Assembly (NCBI GenBank): GCA_013239625.1 | Contig: MU053758.1 | Span: forward strand, 1,178,001 to 1,242,000 | DNA length: 64,000 bases | Direction of reading: 5' to 3' | Source of the DNA: Lama guanicoe | Taxonomy: Eukaryota | Shown here: one piece after another, positions 1-12,400 of the stretch | Position numbering within the stretch: the first letter of the stretch is position 1 | Layout: every line of letters begins with the position of its first letter | Program-made: the position numbers and the translations under genes | The notes under the pieces: model-generated | Told to the model about the DNA's origin: nothing | What the model saw: only the letters and a program-made list of their open reading frames with translations | Databases searched by the model: none

Positions 1-2899
1 GTGCACTGCAGGCCCAGGAAGTCTAGGAGGGGAGTGGGCAAGGACCCAGGCGTCTGTGGGTGGTGAGGGCCGCTCTGGTGATCAGGGTTCTCAGGCTCCC
101 CAGGGCAGCAGGGAGCCTGGGAGCCAACTCCAGGAATGCACTAACATGGCAGGTGGCAAATACTTGCCCTGGGGCCATAGGGAGGGATGAGGGAGGCAGG
201 AGGCTGGGAGAGAAGGAGGAGGCAGATGCCAGGCCAGAGTTTCCTGAGGAAGGAAGAGGCAGAATTCCTCCTGGGCCTGAGAGGGAGACAGCAAAATCTG
301 CCATGCTGGCTGTGGCCGAAAGTTGAAGGAGAAGTTGAGAAATCAGCCAGTGAAGACCTGCGAGAGGCAAGCTGTCTGGGTCCCTCCTCCCCATAGAATG
401 GCTCCTGCTGAACCAGGCTTGGGGCAAGTAGAGGAGGCAGAGTCCTTAACCCTAGGAAAAAGTCCTAATCTGATGGTGGAGACACGGTCCCACCTTGATG
501 GTGGCCTCTGTCGTAAGGACACAGCCCAGGTCCTTGGGAAGCCCCTACCTAGTCCAGTGGAAGAGACCCAGTCCTTGCCTGCAGCCCAAGGTGGAGGTGG
601 GGGCACAAAGGGATACTACACACACTCTCAAAATTACTTAGGAGTTCTTTCAACAATGTATCGACAAAGCCAGACCTAGGAGACAAATAGAGCCTTTCAC
701 AGATGGAGGGGACCCCAACATAAAGGAGCAATCAGCTCAGCAGGGTTAACCAGGGGAGGCTTCCTAAAGTGGATTTTGAGTGAGATTTTGAAGATAGAGA
801 AAGACAGGGGTTAAGGGCTCACCCTCTGTTGACCTGGAGCAGGGAAGGGTGAGAGCTGGCGAGGATAAAGAGGGGGACAGTGATCTCAAAGGCCTCTTGG
901 CAGCAACACTGGATGGCCCTGGTCCAAGGAGGGGACTCCATGTCTAGAAGAGCTTTTTTCCATAGATGGTTATTTGATATTCAGGGAAATGGAGCCTTAG
1001 AAAGAAGTGACTTGAACAAGATGACCCAGGAGGTTAGGGGCAGAGTTGAGACCAGAGACCAGATTTTAGGGCTCCTAGTCCTGTACTCTTTCCCCTCCCC
1101 CAGCTGGCATGCTGATAACCTAGGGCTATTGTCAGAAGGTTCCAAGAGCCCTGCCATCCTCCAGGTGGGCTGTTGGTACAGGGGAAACTACCTGAATCTC
1201 TTAAGGCCTCTTTTTCCCCATCTGTACTTTGGGCTCTTTCATCTAAGGAAGGGAAAGTCCTTTGCAGGAAGGTCCCAACTGAATCCAAAGTATTAACAGG
1301 ACTTTCTAACAGTTTTCCTGTAGCCAACACGGGGGAATGGAGAGAGGGAGGGAGGCCAGCGGAGGCTGGGGCACCCCTAGCTGATCCGGCACACCTTGCT
1401 TCCAAACAAGCCAGATCTGAAGGTTTTTGAGGGAAAAAAAAGAAGACAAATTTGCATTTGATTTGCATATCAATTGTGTGAATTCCAGTCCTGGCCAAGT
1501 GCTCTGGAATCTCCCTGGCTCCTGCTCCCTCCTCTGTGGTTTCCCCACCTGCCTGAGAGCCTCCTGGTTGCCAGTTGTGTGGCCACAGATGGGGAAGAGG
1601 GGGGTTCAGATGTTGGTCGTCGGCTTCCCCAGGACCAACAAAGAGCCTTCAGCGCGCCAGCCATGCTCCAGGCCCTCCTGGCCTCACTCCCCTGGGGTGC
1701 CCAGGAGGCCTCCCTGAGGCCTTGTGGGAGGCTCCGGGCTGGCTGAGGGATGGCTCTAATCAGGCTGAGGGCCTCCTACAGCTCTGCCTTCCCCAACCAG
1801 GACCCCCTCTGAGGGTAACCCAGCGGGAGTCCCTCGGGCCCCCCTGCCCGCGGGGGCCGGTGAGAGTGGTCCCTGCACCCTCAGCCTCCTCGCCCTCGGC
1901 AAGGCCGGGCTCTCAGTGGCAGTGGGCCGGCGAAGGGCTGTCCCCTCCCACTGGAGCCAAATAATTGCCTCCTGCTTTGTTGTGTGGTGTCTGGGGCCCG
2001 GGGCCTCTCATTTGTGGGGACGTGCTGTGGCGAGAGCCTCCCAGCGTAATTACCCTCCTCCCCATCAACGCCGCCGCCGCCACTGAGCCTCCTGCGTCCG
2101 CTGGGCCTTACTCACCCCCGCCGGCCTGCAGCTCCCCCCGCGGCCCAGACGCAGGGAACTCCCCTCCCCGGTCCCCAACTGTCCTTTCCCGGCAGACAAC
2201 CTCTCTGCCTCCCCCCTCCCCGCCCCCCACCTCCGCAAGCCCGAGTGGGATGGAGCAGTCCTGGCCGGGGTCTGTCTCTGGGACAGGGACCTTGAAAGGA
2301 TATTTCTGTCTGAACAAATCCCCCACCCCTGTCCATGCCAGGGAACCTGACCCAGGACTGGGCTCTGGGCACGCGCCTCGCATTTCGCAACATCTGGACA
2401 GGAGTTGCACCTGTCCGGACTCGTTCCCTGTAGGGTTGGAGCTACCTGCGACCCTGATACCTGGGAGAAAACACTCCATTCTAGTTTCTTTTTCCCCTTT
2501 TCCATTTCTCAACTACCTGTTTACCTATTTGCTGTAAAGGAAACGGAGAGAGACAGAGCGATAGAGAGTGAGCCTGAGACACACCCACACACAAAGGAAG
2601 AAACAGAGAGATTCCAGCAAAGAAATAGTCACAGAGGGGCCACAGGGAAGGTTACATAGAGAACCAGAGGCACATGGACACAAAAGGGCAGAGAAATGGA
2701 GAGGCATTCACTTCTCATAAATGGTGACCAAAAAAGAAACAGAATGGACAAATATAATTAGAGAGAGCAAGCCTCTTGTTTCTTGCTATATTTTATTAAA
2801 TCTTGGATAACTCTTGAAGAATAGACCATTGAAGTTGAATGAAGTCTGGACGTGGAGGATGGAGAAGGACAGTAAGAGGAGTTGGGATAAACCAAGCCT

Positions 2900-3040
2900 C
2901 TTTTTTTTTTTAATTGAAGTATCATTGATTTACATCATATATGTTTCAGGTTATACAACATAGAGACAAAATTTTTATAGGTTATATTCCAATTAAAGTC
3001 ACCACAAAATGATGGCTATATTTCCCCATGCTGTACAAAG
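2900..3040 (-). mobile_element. LINE-1 3' end fragment
   Basis: Poly-T followed by TAATTGAAGTATCATTGATTTAC...TATATTTCCCCATGCTGTACAA, resembling an L1 3'UTR tail in reverse. Confidence 0.65.
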
Positions 3041-4384
3041 AGTTTTAAATTATGATGAGACAGTCACATATCACAAAAGTTTGCGCACAGTAGGTGTGCA
3101 ATCAATCATAATTGATGGCAGATGACCCCTCTCTTCTGAGGTCAAAACAACTGAGAATTTAAATGGCAGCAGTAAGATGGGCTTCTGGAGGAGGGGTTTT
3201 CCAAGCATAAGACCTTCATCATCCAACAAATATTTATAGAGCTCCTACTATGTGCCAGACACTGTTCTGGGTGCTTCTGATACAATTAGTGAAAAAAACA
3301 AGCAAAGATCTTTAGGAATACTTGAGAATGTCATGGACTTTGCCTGCTGGAAGGAAGGTCAGAAAAGTACAAAGCCCTCTTAGTGTGTTCCAGGGGAGTT
3401 ATTTAGCGAGGATGAATTCAGGGAATGCTGGGATTTGCCAGAAAATTAGAGAAGGTGAGCTTGAGGTTTCAGGTTATGGAGATCATCAGACCAGTGGAGA
3501 CCAGGTCTCCCACTGAGTTCAGAGCAGGAAAGAGTGGATCCCTCCTGAGGTCACGCAGCACAGAGTTTCAGTATCTGGGATGGCTAGGTTCTGGAGTACC
3601 AGCTGGGAAACCCAGATATTTAGGATCCCTTCCCAGCCAGATAGGCAACGTCAGGAGAAAGCACTGTCATCGTGTTCATGCATCTCCCCTTTGATTCTTT
3701 TCTCGGTCCCTCCAAGGATTTCTCACCACCCCAGTTATAAGGATGTTGTCCCGAAGGTTCCAGCTCAAAACCCTCTCCCTCAGTGGCAGCGGAAGAAAGC
3801 AATGCCTCCTACCCTTTTCCAGGGTGGAGTAAGGACGAAGGAGCAAGGATATCATTTGATGAGGTGGAGACCAAAGTCTCCTTCACAAACACCCCTCCAC
3901 CTCTCCCCATCTACCTCTTTTAGGCCCTGAAGCAGAGGGAGGAAGATGAAAGGGACAGAACTGACCTTGGAGGGGGTGGGGAAGAGATGGTGGGAGCTGA
4001 CTGGGAACGGATTTCAGGAGCAGATAGAGGGGGTGGGGCGGAGGAGAGTAGAGATTCTAACAATCTCATTGGTTCCTTTGGCATCAAAGCATCCATTGGC
4101 TTTCAGCAAAGTAGAACCTATTAGGGTGTTTGTGTATTGGGGGGGTGGTAGAAAAGGGGGTGCAGGATCCTCTACTAATGTGTTAACTCTGTAAGGCTTC
4201 ATATCCCCCTTCTTGTCCACACACACATACAGCCAAGAAATTCTCCAGGAGTCTGGCCTCACCAGGTCTTCATTCTGCAGTGACCCCTGTGATCTTCCAG
4301 CTGAGGAAAGAGACAGATATGAGAGCCCCTTCAAGGAATTACAAAACAAAGTTTTGGCTTGACATGTAAAAATCTTTTAATGTA

Positions 4385-4730
4385 AACATTTATTGAACTG
4401 TGACATGCATATAGAAAAGTGCCATTAAGTATAATGATATACGTAAATCATACATTTAAAAAAGGCAGTGAAATTTCACAAAGTGAACACACCTGGGTAA
4501 CCAGCTCCAGAAACAGAACATGATCATCACCTCAAAGCCCTCACTGTGTCCCTTCCAGCTACTAACCTCAAGGGTAACAGAATTTCTTCTCTGAGTTCAA
4601 AGGGTATACTGGGTTTTTTGTTTTTTGTGTTTTTTTGCCTATTTTTGACCTTCATATAAATGCGGTCGTGTACTGTGTGCTCTTTGGTATCTGGCCTCTT
4701 TTACCCCACATCTTTGTGAGATTCATCCTT
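4385..4730 (-). mobile_element. Old LINE-1 (L1M-type) 3' fragment
   Basis: Motifs AATTTCACAAAGTGAACACACC, TTTTGACCTTCATATAAATG and GTGAGATTCATCC, typical of ancient L1 3'UTRs. Confidence 0.6.
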
Positions 4731-5724
4731 TGTTTGAGTCTGAACCCATCTGTGAAGGGGCTGGGATATATCAGAGAGTATCCCCTTTGGGTCTCAAACT
4801 CAGACTCCCCCAAGATCCCTTCCAGCACCCCCAGGTCCCAAAAAGGGTGAACACTCTGGGAGACCTTGTCTTCTCAGGACTCCTATCCAAGCTGGGATCT
4901 GGGAACTGCTGGTCCCAGACCACACCCCTCCAAAGGGACTCCAGAGGAAGTCCCCAACCTGGGCAGGGTTAATTAGATGGCGCTTTGAGATCTCAGGATG
5001 AAAGGACTGCCTAGAGCCATTGTCCTTGGCCTCCCGTCCAGCTTGGCAGGGAGGGGAGGAAATACCCCATCCCCTCTGGCCCCAGGGATGCGGCATCAGC
5101 TTATTGGGATTGGCATTGCCAAGCTCTGGAGGATTTTCTGCTCTGAGACGCTCCTGCCTAAAGAGGCAGGGAGTCCGGTGGTGGGGGCGAGAGGTTGGGG
5201 AGTGGGGAGTCAAGGGCTCACGCCCCTGGGGTCTGCCTCCCTGCCTCCTGGGCAGCACCCAGACAGCCCGGCTCTGGTGCCGTGTGTGGTTTCAGGATAA
5301 GCTGCCGATGCCACCCAGAGCGCCCTGCTGACAGACAAGGATCTCGCCTGCTTTCAAAGACGCCCTTTCATCTGCCAGGGCTAATTACACCTGCAGAGCG
5401 GAGGAGAGGGCACTGGAGCCAGCCCCCTCCCTCTTCCCCCGTCCCAGCTCCCAAGCCCCCTGCCTCAGGAACCTTTCTCCTCCCCCCTTCTGCCTGTTCT
5501 AAAGCCCTGGCGGCAGCCTCAGCACCTGCCAATTATGGCTCCTCTGGTGACAAGTGGCCCTGTTTCTCTCTCAGGAGGGAAGACCTGTGAGAGCAGAGGG
5601 CTGGAGGGTGGGCCTGTGTGTGTACACGAAGGTCAGGGCTTGGAGGGTCTGGGTGGCACTAAGAGGGTTGCTGAGAGGCACCAAAGAGTAGGTGAGGGCC
5701 TGAGAGTGTGAAAGTGCAAGTCTC

Positions 5725-5905
5725 CGGTGGGAGCAGTTTAATGGTGGCCATGAGCCCCTGGGCTCTAATTCAAGCAGCTCTGGGTTGGGGCCTGTGTTCC
5801 ACTACTTTATTAGCTGCATGACTTGGCTCTTATTTATTTGAGCCTCAGTTTTCTGCCCTGTAAAATGGGGATATTAGTACCTACCTCACGGTGGTTATGA
5901 AGACT
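5725..5905 (+). mobile_element. MIR SINE
   Basis: MIR core GAGCCTCAGTTTTCTGCCCTGTAAAATGGGGATATTAGTACCTACCTCA. Confidence 0.65.
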
Positions 5906-6423
5906 AGATGTGGGTGCCCTTTAGCAGGGGTGGATCTGAGCACAGGGAAGATGCCACTTTATGAAGAAAGGCTCTTGAACCCCCAGGACTGAGTTAGTCC
6001 CCATAGACCTCAGTGCTTACTCCTTTCCAGCCCTTAACACACTGCTCTGCAGCAATCTGTTTATTGGTCTGCATTTCCTATAGCCTTGCGAACAAATTCC
6101 TTGAGGCATCATATTGATCTGCCGCCAGCCCAGTGCCCAGAACATAGCAGGTGCTCACTATACAGACTGCGGTGTGGGAGTGGAATGTGTGGTGGAGGCA
6201 CATGAGTGCAGGGCTCCTCTGAAGTGTGCGAGGGTCTCTGCGTCAGCGTGAGAGTGCGTGTGACCACCGCGTGTCACCGTGTCACAGTGAGGGGGGTATG
6301 TGAGTGATCGATGTGGGCAGATGGGGAGTGGAGCGATTCCACTGTGTCTGTCTGTCTTTGGGTCTGAATGAGCCTCTCAGTGAGTGATGACCTATGAGGG
6401 TGTGTGGATGAGTGAGGGGCTAT

Positions 6424-6425
<2 letters not shown>

Positions 6426-6487
<62 letters not shown>
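6426..6487. repeat. (GT)31 microsatellite
   Basis: Perfect dinucleotide run. Confidence 0.98.
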
Positions 6488-6491
<4 letters not shown>

Positions 6492-9400
6492 TGGCAGAGG
6501 ATCTCTATGTGTGATTGCGTGTGAAACTCTATGCAGGAGGAGATGTATCCATCTGTGTCAGGGGTGTGAGGAGCAGTGAGGGACATATGCAAGTCCGAGC
6601 TTCCAGTGGTGGTGAAGTCTTTAGTGGAGCAAATAAGGTCCCCGACCAGGGGGGTCTTCTTCCTTCCCTGGTTCTTCACCTCAAGGCTGGGAGAGAAAAA
6701 AGGCAAGAGCCCACTCCTTCCCCAGAGAGGGCTAAGTGGGTGGCCGCCACCACCCTAACACCACAGTCCTTCTCCCCAGTCCTGGTCCAGTGGAACAGGT
6801 GAGGTGCTGGTGGTGGGTTGCCTTGGGAGGCCCAGGGAGCTAGGCAGGTCCAGGGCTGGCTGTGGAGGCAAACAGCCCTTGCACAGGAGGCCCGATTCCA
6901 TAGTTCCTGTGTTGGAGGTGGGACTCTATACTCAGCCCTTAATGGTCCTACTAACCAAAAGCAAGGAAGTTCTTCTTGGTGTCTAATTCAAATCCTCTAT
7001 ATTCCAGGTCAACCCTGGGCCCTCCCCTCGCACTGTCAGAATCCTTACATAGACATGAACCATTGATCGTGGGTACCCGGGATCCTGAAGTCAGGGGGCG
7101 CTGACATCACTGTTTCCCCACTTTCCTTCTAAGCCCTATTGTTTCTCTTCACCTCCCCACATCTCCTCCTCTGACTCTGTCCATCCCAGGAAGGGCAATT
7201 CCCCAAGTTCATGCTGACAGCAGGTCCTTCTGGGAGTCTAACTGACTTCCCTCCTGTTCTCAAGCCCTGTATGCGGGCTGGGTGCAGGGGGACCCCACGG
7301 GAGCCAGGTGATGAGACGGGGTCTGACGGCCTGGCTGAGGTCACCAGCCACTGAAGTACGTCAGCAGAGGGTGTGTATGTCCCAGCCGGCCGCACAACCT
7401 CCCTTTCATCCTTTGTTCTGCCAGCCCGGCCCATTCCCACCACGGATTCTCGGATTCCCAGCGTGGCATGTCCGATGAGCCAGAGTCTTCGCCCGGACAC
7501 GATCCTTTCCCGGCCCTGCCCTCTGCTCACCTCCTCCTCCCTGTCTCCCTCCCAGTCACAGGGAAACCACTTTCAGGGTGCGGGGTGGGGGCAGTTGATT
7601 GCCGTCTCCCTCCTGCTTGCCCCTCTCCTTCCCAAGCCCCCACTGGCCACCAGGGCAATTGTGGTCAGACACAAGAAAGAACTTTTACAGGTATCATGAA
7701 GTGGAGAACTTGGGCAGGTGTCAGGCCCCACTTTCCCTGGGAGCAAAGGAGTGCTGGCCAATGGGTTGAGAGGGAAAGGAACACATGTGCCTGAGCAGAA
7801 AGGTGGAGGATGGGGAGGGAACTTCTCTGGTTTTCCTTCTGCCCTCAATGCCATTCTCAACACTTTGTTCCCAACAGATGTCTGGCTGCTGCAGTCTGGC
7901 AGCCGATCCCCGAAGATTTCTCCATTCCCCCTGGCGTAAAACTGGGTTTCCACATCCTGGAATTGGCTGCTCACATTGGACCCTCCCAGCGGCCTGCCTC
8001 ACCTGGTATCCTGGCTCCCAGCCCTTTTCCAAGCATCACGATGCCTCCCCAACCTGGGCCCATCTTCCTCCTCATCTCCAAGAATTCTGTGGCTTGAATT
8101 TTCTACTCCAAACGCCTCCTCACATCTACCTTCCCTTCCTTCTCCAGGGAGATCTCACTTCTTGCCCCTGGTGGCCCCTGTTCTTTCAGCCAGAGTCTAC
8201 GCCAGTGTCTCTCCTGGCATGTGTGTTTGGTCTTTCATATATAAGCCAGGAGTTCCCTGAGGATGGGGCCTGGAGCTTCCCCTACTCCAATTAGAAATAC
8301 CCTAGAGATAGGAACCTTGATCTTTTCCCAATTTCCAGAAAAGTCTATGACAGCTGGGCTTGAAGAAGTAAGGGAGAGCGATCATCAGAAAAGGTGATGA
8401 GAAAGAACTGACAAAGTGCAAGGATGGGTCAGGAAGGTGTTTCCTTGAGCTCTGGCTCAGGGAGCTGGGCAGAGAAGAGAAGAAGGGGTTATGGAAATTT
8501 AGTGGGGATTGGCAGGGCAGGAAGAGAGAAAGTCTTCGTGGCTTCTCTGGTGGGTCTGACGAGAGTGCCCCTGGAAGAGTTTACCAAAGAGAAGTCTGGG
8601 AGAAGTGAGCTTCCTTCCTTCCCAGTTATGGGGGAGGCCAGCTTCGGGACCAGTTGTTGAGACGGAGGGAACTGGCTCCATTGGTCCCTCTTTCCCCAGG
8701 CCTGCATGCCTGGCAGTAGTATTTGGGTGCCATGGGCTCACTGGAGACATCCTGAGTCATAAAAAGTGCTAACAAAAGTCCCCAGGCATCCTCCAATCTT
8801 GGCCTGGAAGGGAACCCATTGGGCTCTAATCCTGGATCTGCCATTAATTAATTAGCTGAGTGATCTCTGGCAAGTTCCTCAACTTCTCTGGGCCTCCTTT
8901 CCTGTCCTGCCCCTCCACCCCATGAACAGGTGCCTGAGAGAGGAGGTGGAGTCTCTCCAGCCTGGCTCTGAGGCAGGAGGATGGGTGAGATGACCTCCTG
9001 GGAGTCCCTTTTGGCGCCAGTGGTCAGAGCCTCTCCCCGGTCAGTGGAGGAGGTTGACCAGGGGGACGTAGTCTTGCTCCACTCCTGATGGGAACATTAA
9101 TCTCTCCACACCTCCTTCCCTACCCTTCTCAGGCTGCCTCCTGTGCCCTGGGCCTCCTCCCCTGACACTCCTCATCTTCCTGCCCACCTGGGGCCCTGCA
9201 CAGGAGCAGGAGAAAACCCTCGGGAGAGAGACTAGCCCAGCACTCCTGATGAGCAATAATTTGTTTTATGACAGAAAAGGAAATTGTCTTCAGTTTCACA
9301 AGAGCGAAACGAATTCGTTTGAAGTAGTTTGCCCTGCGGCAGGCAGAAGAAGGTTTCTCTTGAGCGTGCCTTCGCTCTCCTTCTCTCCCCCTCTCTCCCT

Positions 9401-10745
9401 CTTCCCTTCTAATTACTGCAGCTTCCAAGCTGTTGGCATGAGTTGATGCCAGGCTGTCAGATGCCAACTGCCCCAGGATCTCACCTCTTGGGTGTGGATG
9501 GGGGGATGGAGCCACGGGAACAAGGTCGAGTGGCTCCCAGTTCAGCTCCTGCCAGGCCTGAAGCCTTACCTGGCACCACCACGGAGGCAGGAAGAGGGCC
9601 GGGGCAGAGGGCAGCTCGCCAGGGCCCGGGAGGGCCATCAGCTCTGGGCTTGGGCGCCTTGATGCCTGGGGAGGGGACTGTCACGGTCTGGTGGGCTTTC
9701 CCCCGTGGACTGCTCATGTTTCCCAATCAGCCCTCCTGCCTTATCCTCTCTGATTCCAGCCTAGAAGTTGAACTCTCTAGTGGCACCTGGGCAAGAGAAT
9801 GGACCATGACCACCTACCGGGGTCAAGATTCATTTGAGGGAAGACAGGATGGGGAGGAGAGAGCCTGCAGCTCACCAATGCTCCCACTAAGAAGTCCAGT
9901 GTACTGAAACATCACAGGACCCTATTATACTCATCCTAAGGACCACCTCCTTCCTTCCTTCCTTCCACCTCTCTATCCTTCCATTCACCCACTCAACAAA
10001 CTTATAAAGCCCTCAGAGAGTGCCAGGCACCATTCCAAGCACTGGGAGTGGAGTGATGAACAAGAATCCCTGCCTCCATGGAGCTGGTGTTCGAGTGTGT
10101 AGTATGTTAGTTGCAAGGGGATGGGGCTGTGCCCAGTATGTGCCTAGAACAGAGCAGGCCCTTAAACATTTACTGAATGAGTGACTAAATGCCTGGTCTG
10201 AATCAGAGGTGACACTATGAAAGTTCAGCTAGTGAAGGAAAAAAAGAATCAGTTGTTTAACCCCTTCCCTGCCATGCCCTGCGGCCCCACTCCCTTACTC
10301 TCCAGGGAGCCCTCCTGCTGTGGTCCAAAGCCAGGGTGTGAAGGGGCAGCTGGTGCATGGAGAGCAGGCAGACGCCAGGCTCCCGGCCGCACCGCTGCTT
10401 GGCGCTGGGCGCCCTCTAAAACAACAAACTTCATGTCTCTAATTCGGCACTTCCTGTTTGTCTCGATATTATCTCCTATCCTTGAAGCCCACAGGCCCAG
10501 TCAGGGATGGGGCAAAGGGCCGGAGCTTCGGGGACTCAGAGAGAGGGAGAGGCCAGGATGCCCTCCCCCAGGTTTCTAGGCTGTGCCCAGGGGCACTGGG
10601 CAGCGGGCGGAGCTCTAATGCTCCAGGGCACTCAGTGACGAGCCCCGGGCACCCACACTACAGGAGGTTCCTAGATTCTGAGTTCTGGTCCTCACAGGTT
10701 CTTGGGTCAATGACACTCCTTTTCTGCTATGACTCTTGGTTTTCT

Positions 10746-10888
10746 TTATTTTTTAATTTTTTAGTTGGGGGGAGGTAATTAGGTTTATTTATTTATTTAT
10801 TTATTCTTAGAGGAGATAGTGGGGATTGAACCCAGGACCTCATGCATGCTAAGCATGTGCTCTACCACTTGAGCTATACCCACCCCCC
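10746..10888 (-). mobile_element. tRNA-derived SINE (camelid Vic-1-like)
   Basis: Minus strand reads GGGTATAGCTCAAGTGGTAGAGCACATGCTTAGCATGCATGAGGTCCTGGGTTCAATCCCC (A and B boxes) plus (TAAA)n tail. Target-site duplication GACT(C/G)TTGGTTTTCT at 10731-10745 and 10889-10903. Confidence 0.9.
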
Positions 10889-11869
10889 GACTGTTGGTTT
10901 TCTGAACACTGCAGAACACGGGGTATTCAGGGTGGGAGTCACCAAGCTTCACTGCCCTCTCTTTCTTTTTTTTTGCCCTCTCTTTCTTATTCTCATGGCT
11001 GGGAAGTTCTTCTTGATGTCTAACTTCAGTATCTTTCAGTAGCCTCTGGGGAACGGCTCCGACTTTGGGTGTTTTAAGCACCCAAGTCTTATGTGCCTCA
11101 GGTTCCCGAATCAATATTGTAGGCACCTTACAGATGAAGCTTCTAGATTTTAAAGTTCCTGGGACCAGCTGTCTCCCATAAATGCAGACCCTCACTGTGT
11201 GAGTGTGTCCACCGTGCTAGGCATCAAGATGGCTGCCCTGTGGGTGGTAAGATCAGGGCAAATTCCAGACAGGCCCCCACCCTGGCCAAAGGGGCAGCCT
11301 CTGCCACCCCCAGAGCTCCAGGTAATAACCTAGGGGCCACGCCAGGCTCGCCAGCACCTGAGCCACCGGCAGCAGATAATGACTGGGGAGCTGGGCAGGC
11401 AGAGCCAACCCCTCAATCAGGAAGCAAATTAAAAAGAGGAGGAATCTCCCAGACAGACCACAACAATGAGACCGGCCCCCTTTCCAGGGCACTGCTTGCC
11501 CTCCCCACTCTCCACCAGATTTCGCCTGCCAGGTCCTGATACCCAGCCCTCCCCTCTAATTCCCCTCTCCTGGGATCCAGCTGGAGGGTGTCCGGGAGAC
11601 CCTGGCTTCAGGTTGGTGGCAGTGCCCAGCTGGCCAGGACATAGGATCTTGGGCCTCTCAGTGATCCTCATCTGCCAACCTGATCTTGGATTCCTGACAG
11701 GGCCCTGGGCACAGCAGGGGGTGTAAGAGGAAGGGTCAGAGTGTGCTTTTGGTGCAGCCTCTTGATGCCCAGGAGGCAAACTCTGGGTGGCTGTGACAAA
11801 GGGATTTTATAGAGAACCCACCCACCCCTGGCCTGACAGCCTCTTCTCCTCTGCAAAGGGCGCAATTCA

Positions 11870-12400
11870 ATTCAGTGCAACTCATATTTATTACACACTC
11901 AGCACTAGTCATTGCACGAGATGCTTGGAGGGGGAATAAAAAGATGAACAGAGAAAATTCCAGCCTCTCCAGGAGCTCATGATCTGACACACAAACAACT
12001 AATCATATCACCCATTGGGCAGTTTTAAGCCCTCTGTATTTTGGGACTCTGGGAGCACAGAAAAGGGTAACTTAGAGAACTGAAGAAGGCTTCATAGATA
12101 AGGGGGACATATGAGTTGGGCTTCAAAGGATCAATAGGAGCTCACAGGCAGAGAAATGGGGGAGAGCATTTTAGACAAGGAAGAGTATGTGGCACAAAAA
12201 TGTAGAGACGATAAGGATGGAGGAGAGGCCCCCTGTGACTGGAGCTTGGGAAGGGAGAGCAGTGAGATTGGGAAGGTAGCCTGAGACCAGATGGGGAAAT
12301 GGGGCTTAAAATCCAGGCCAAATGGTATGGACTTTCTCCTGTAGGTAATGGAGAACTATCGAATGTTTCTGAGCTGAGGCATGAGATGATCAAGATTCTG
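11870..12400 (-). mobile_element. Degenerate LINE-2 fragment
   Basis: ATTCAATTCAG...CATATTTATTA...CTCTCCAGGAGCTCATGATCT...GGTAATGGAGAACTATCGAATG pattern typical of L2; boundaries approximate. Confidence 0.5.
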
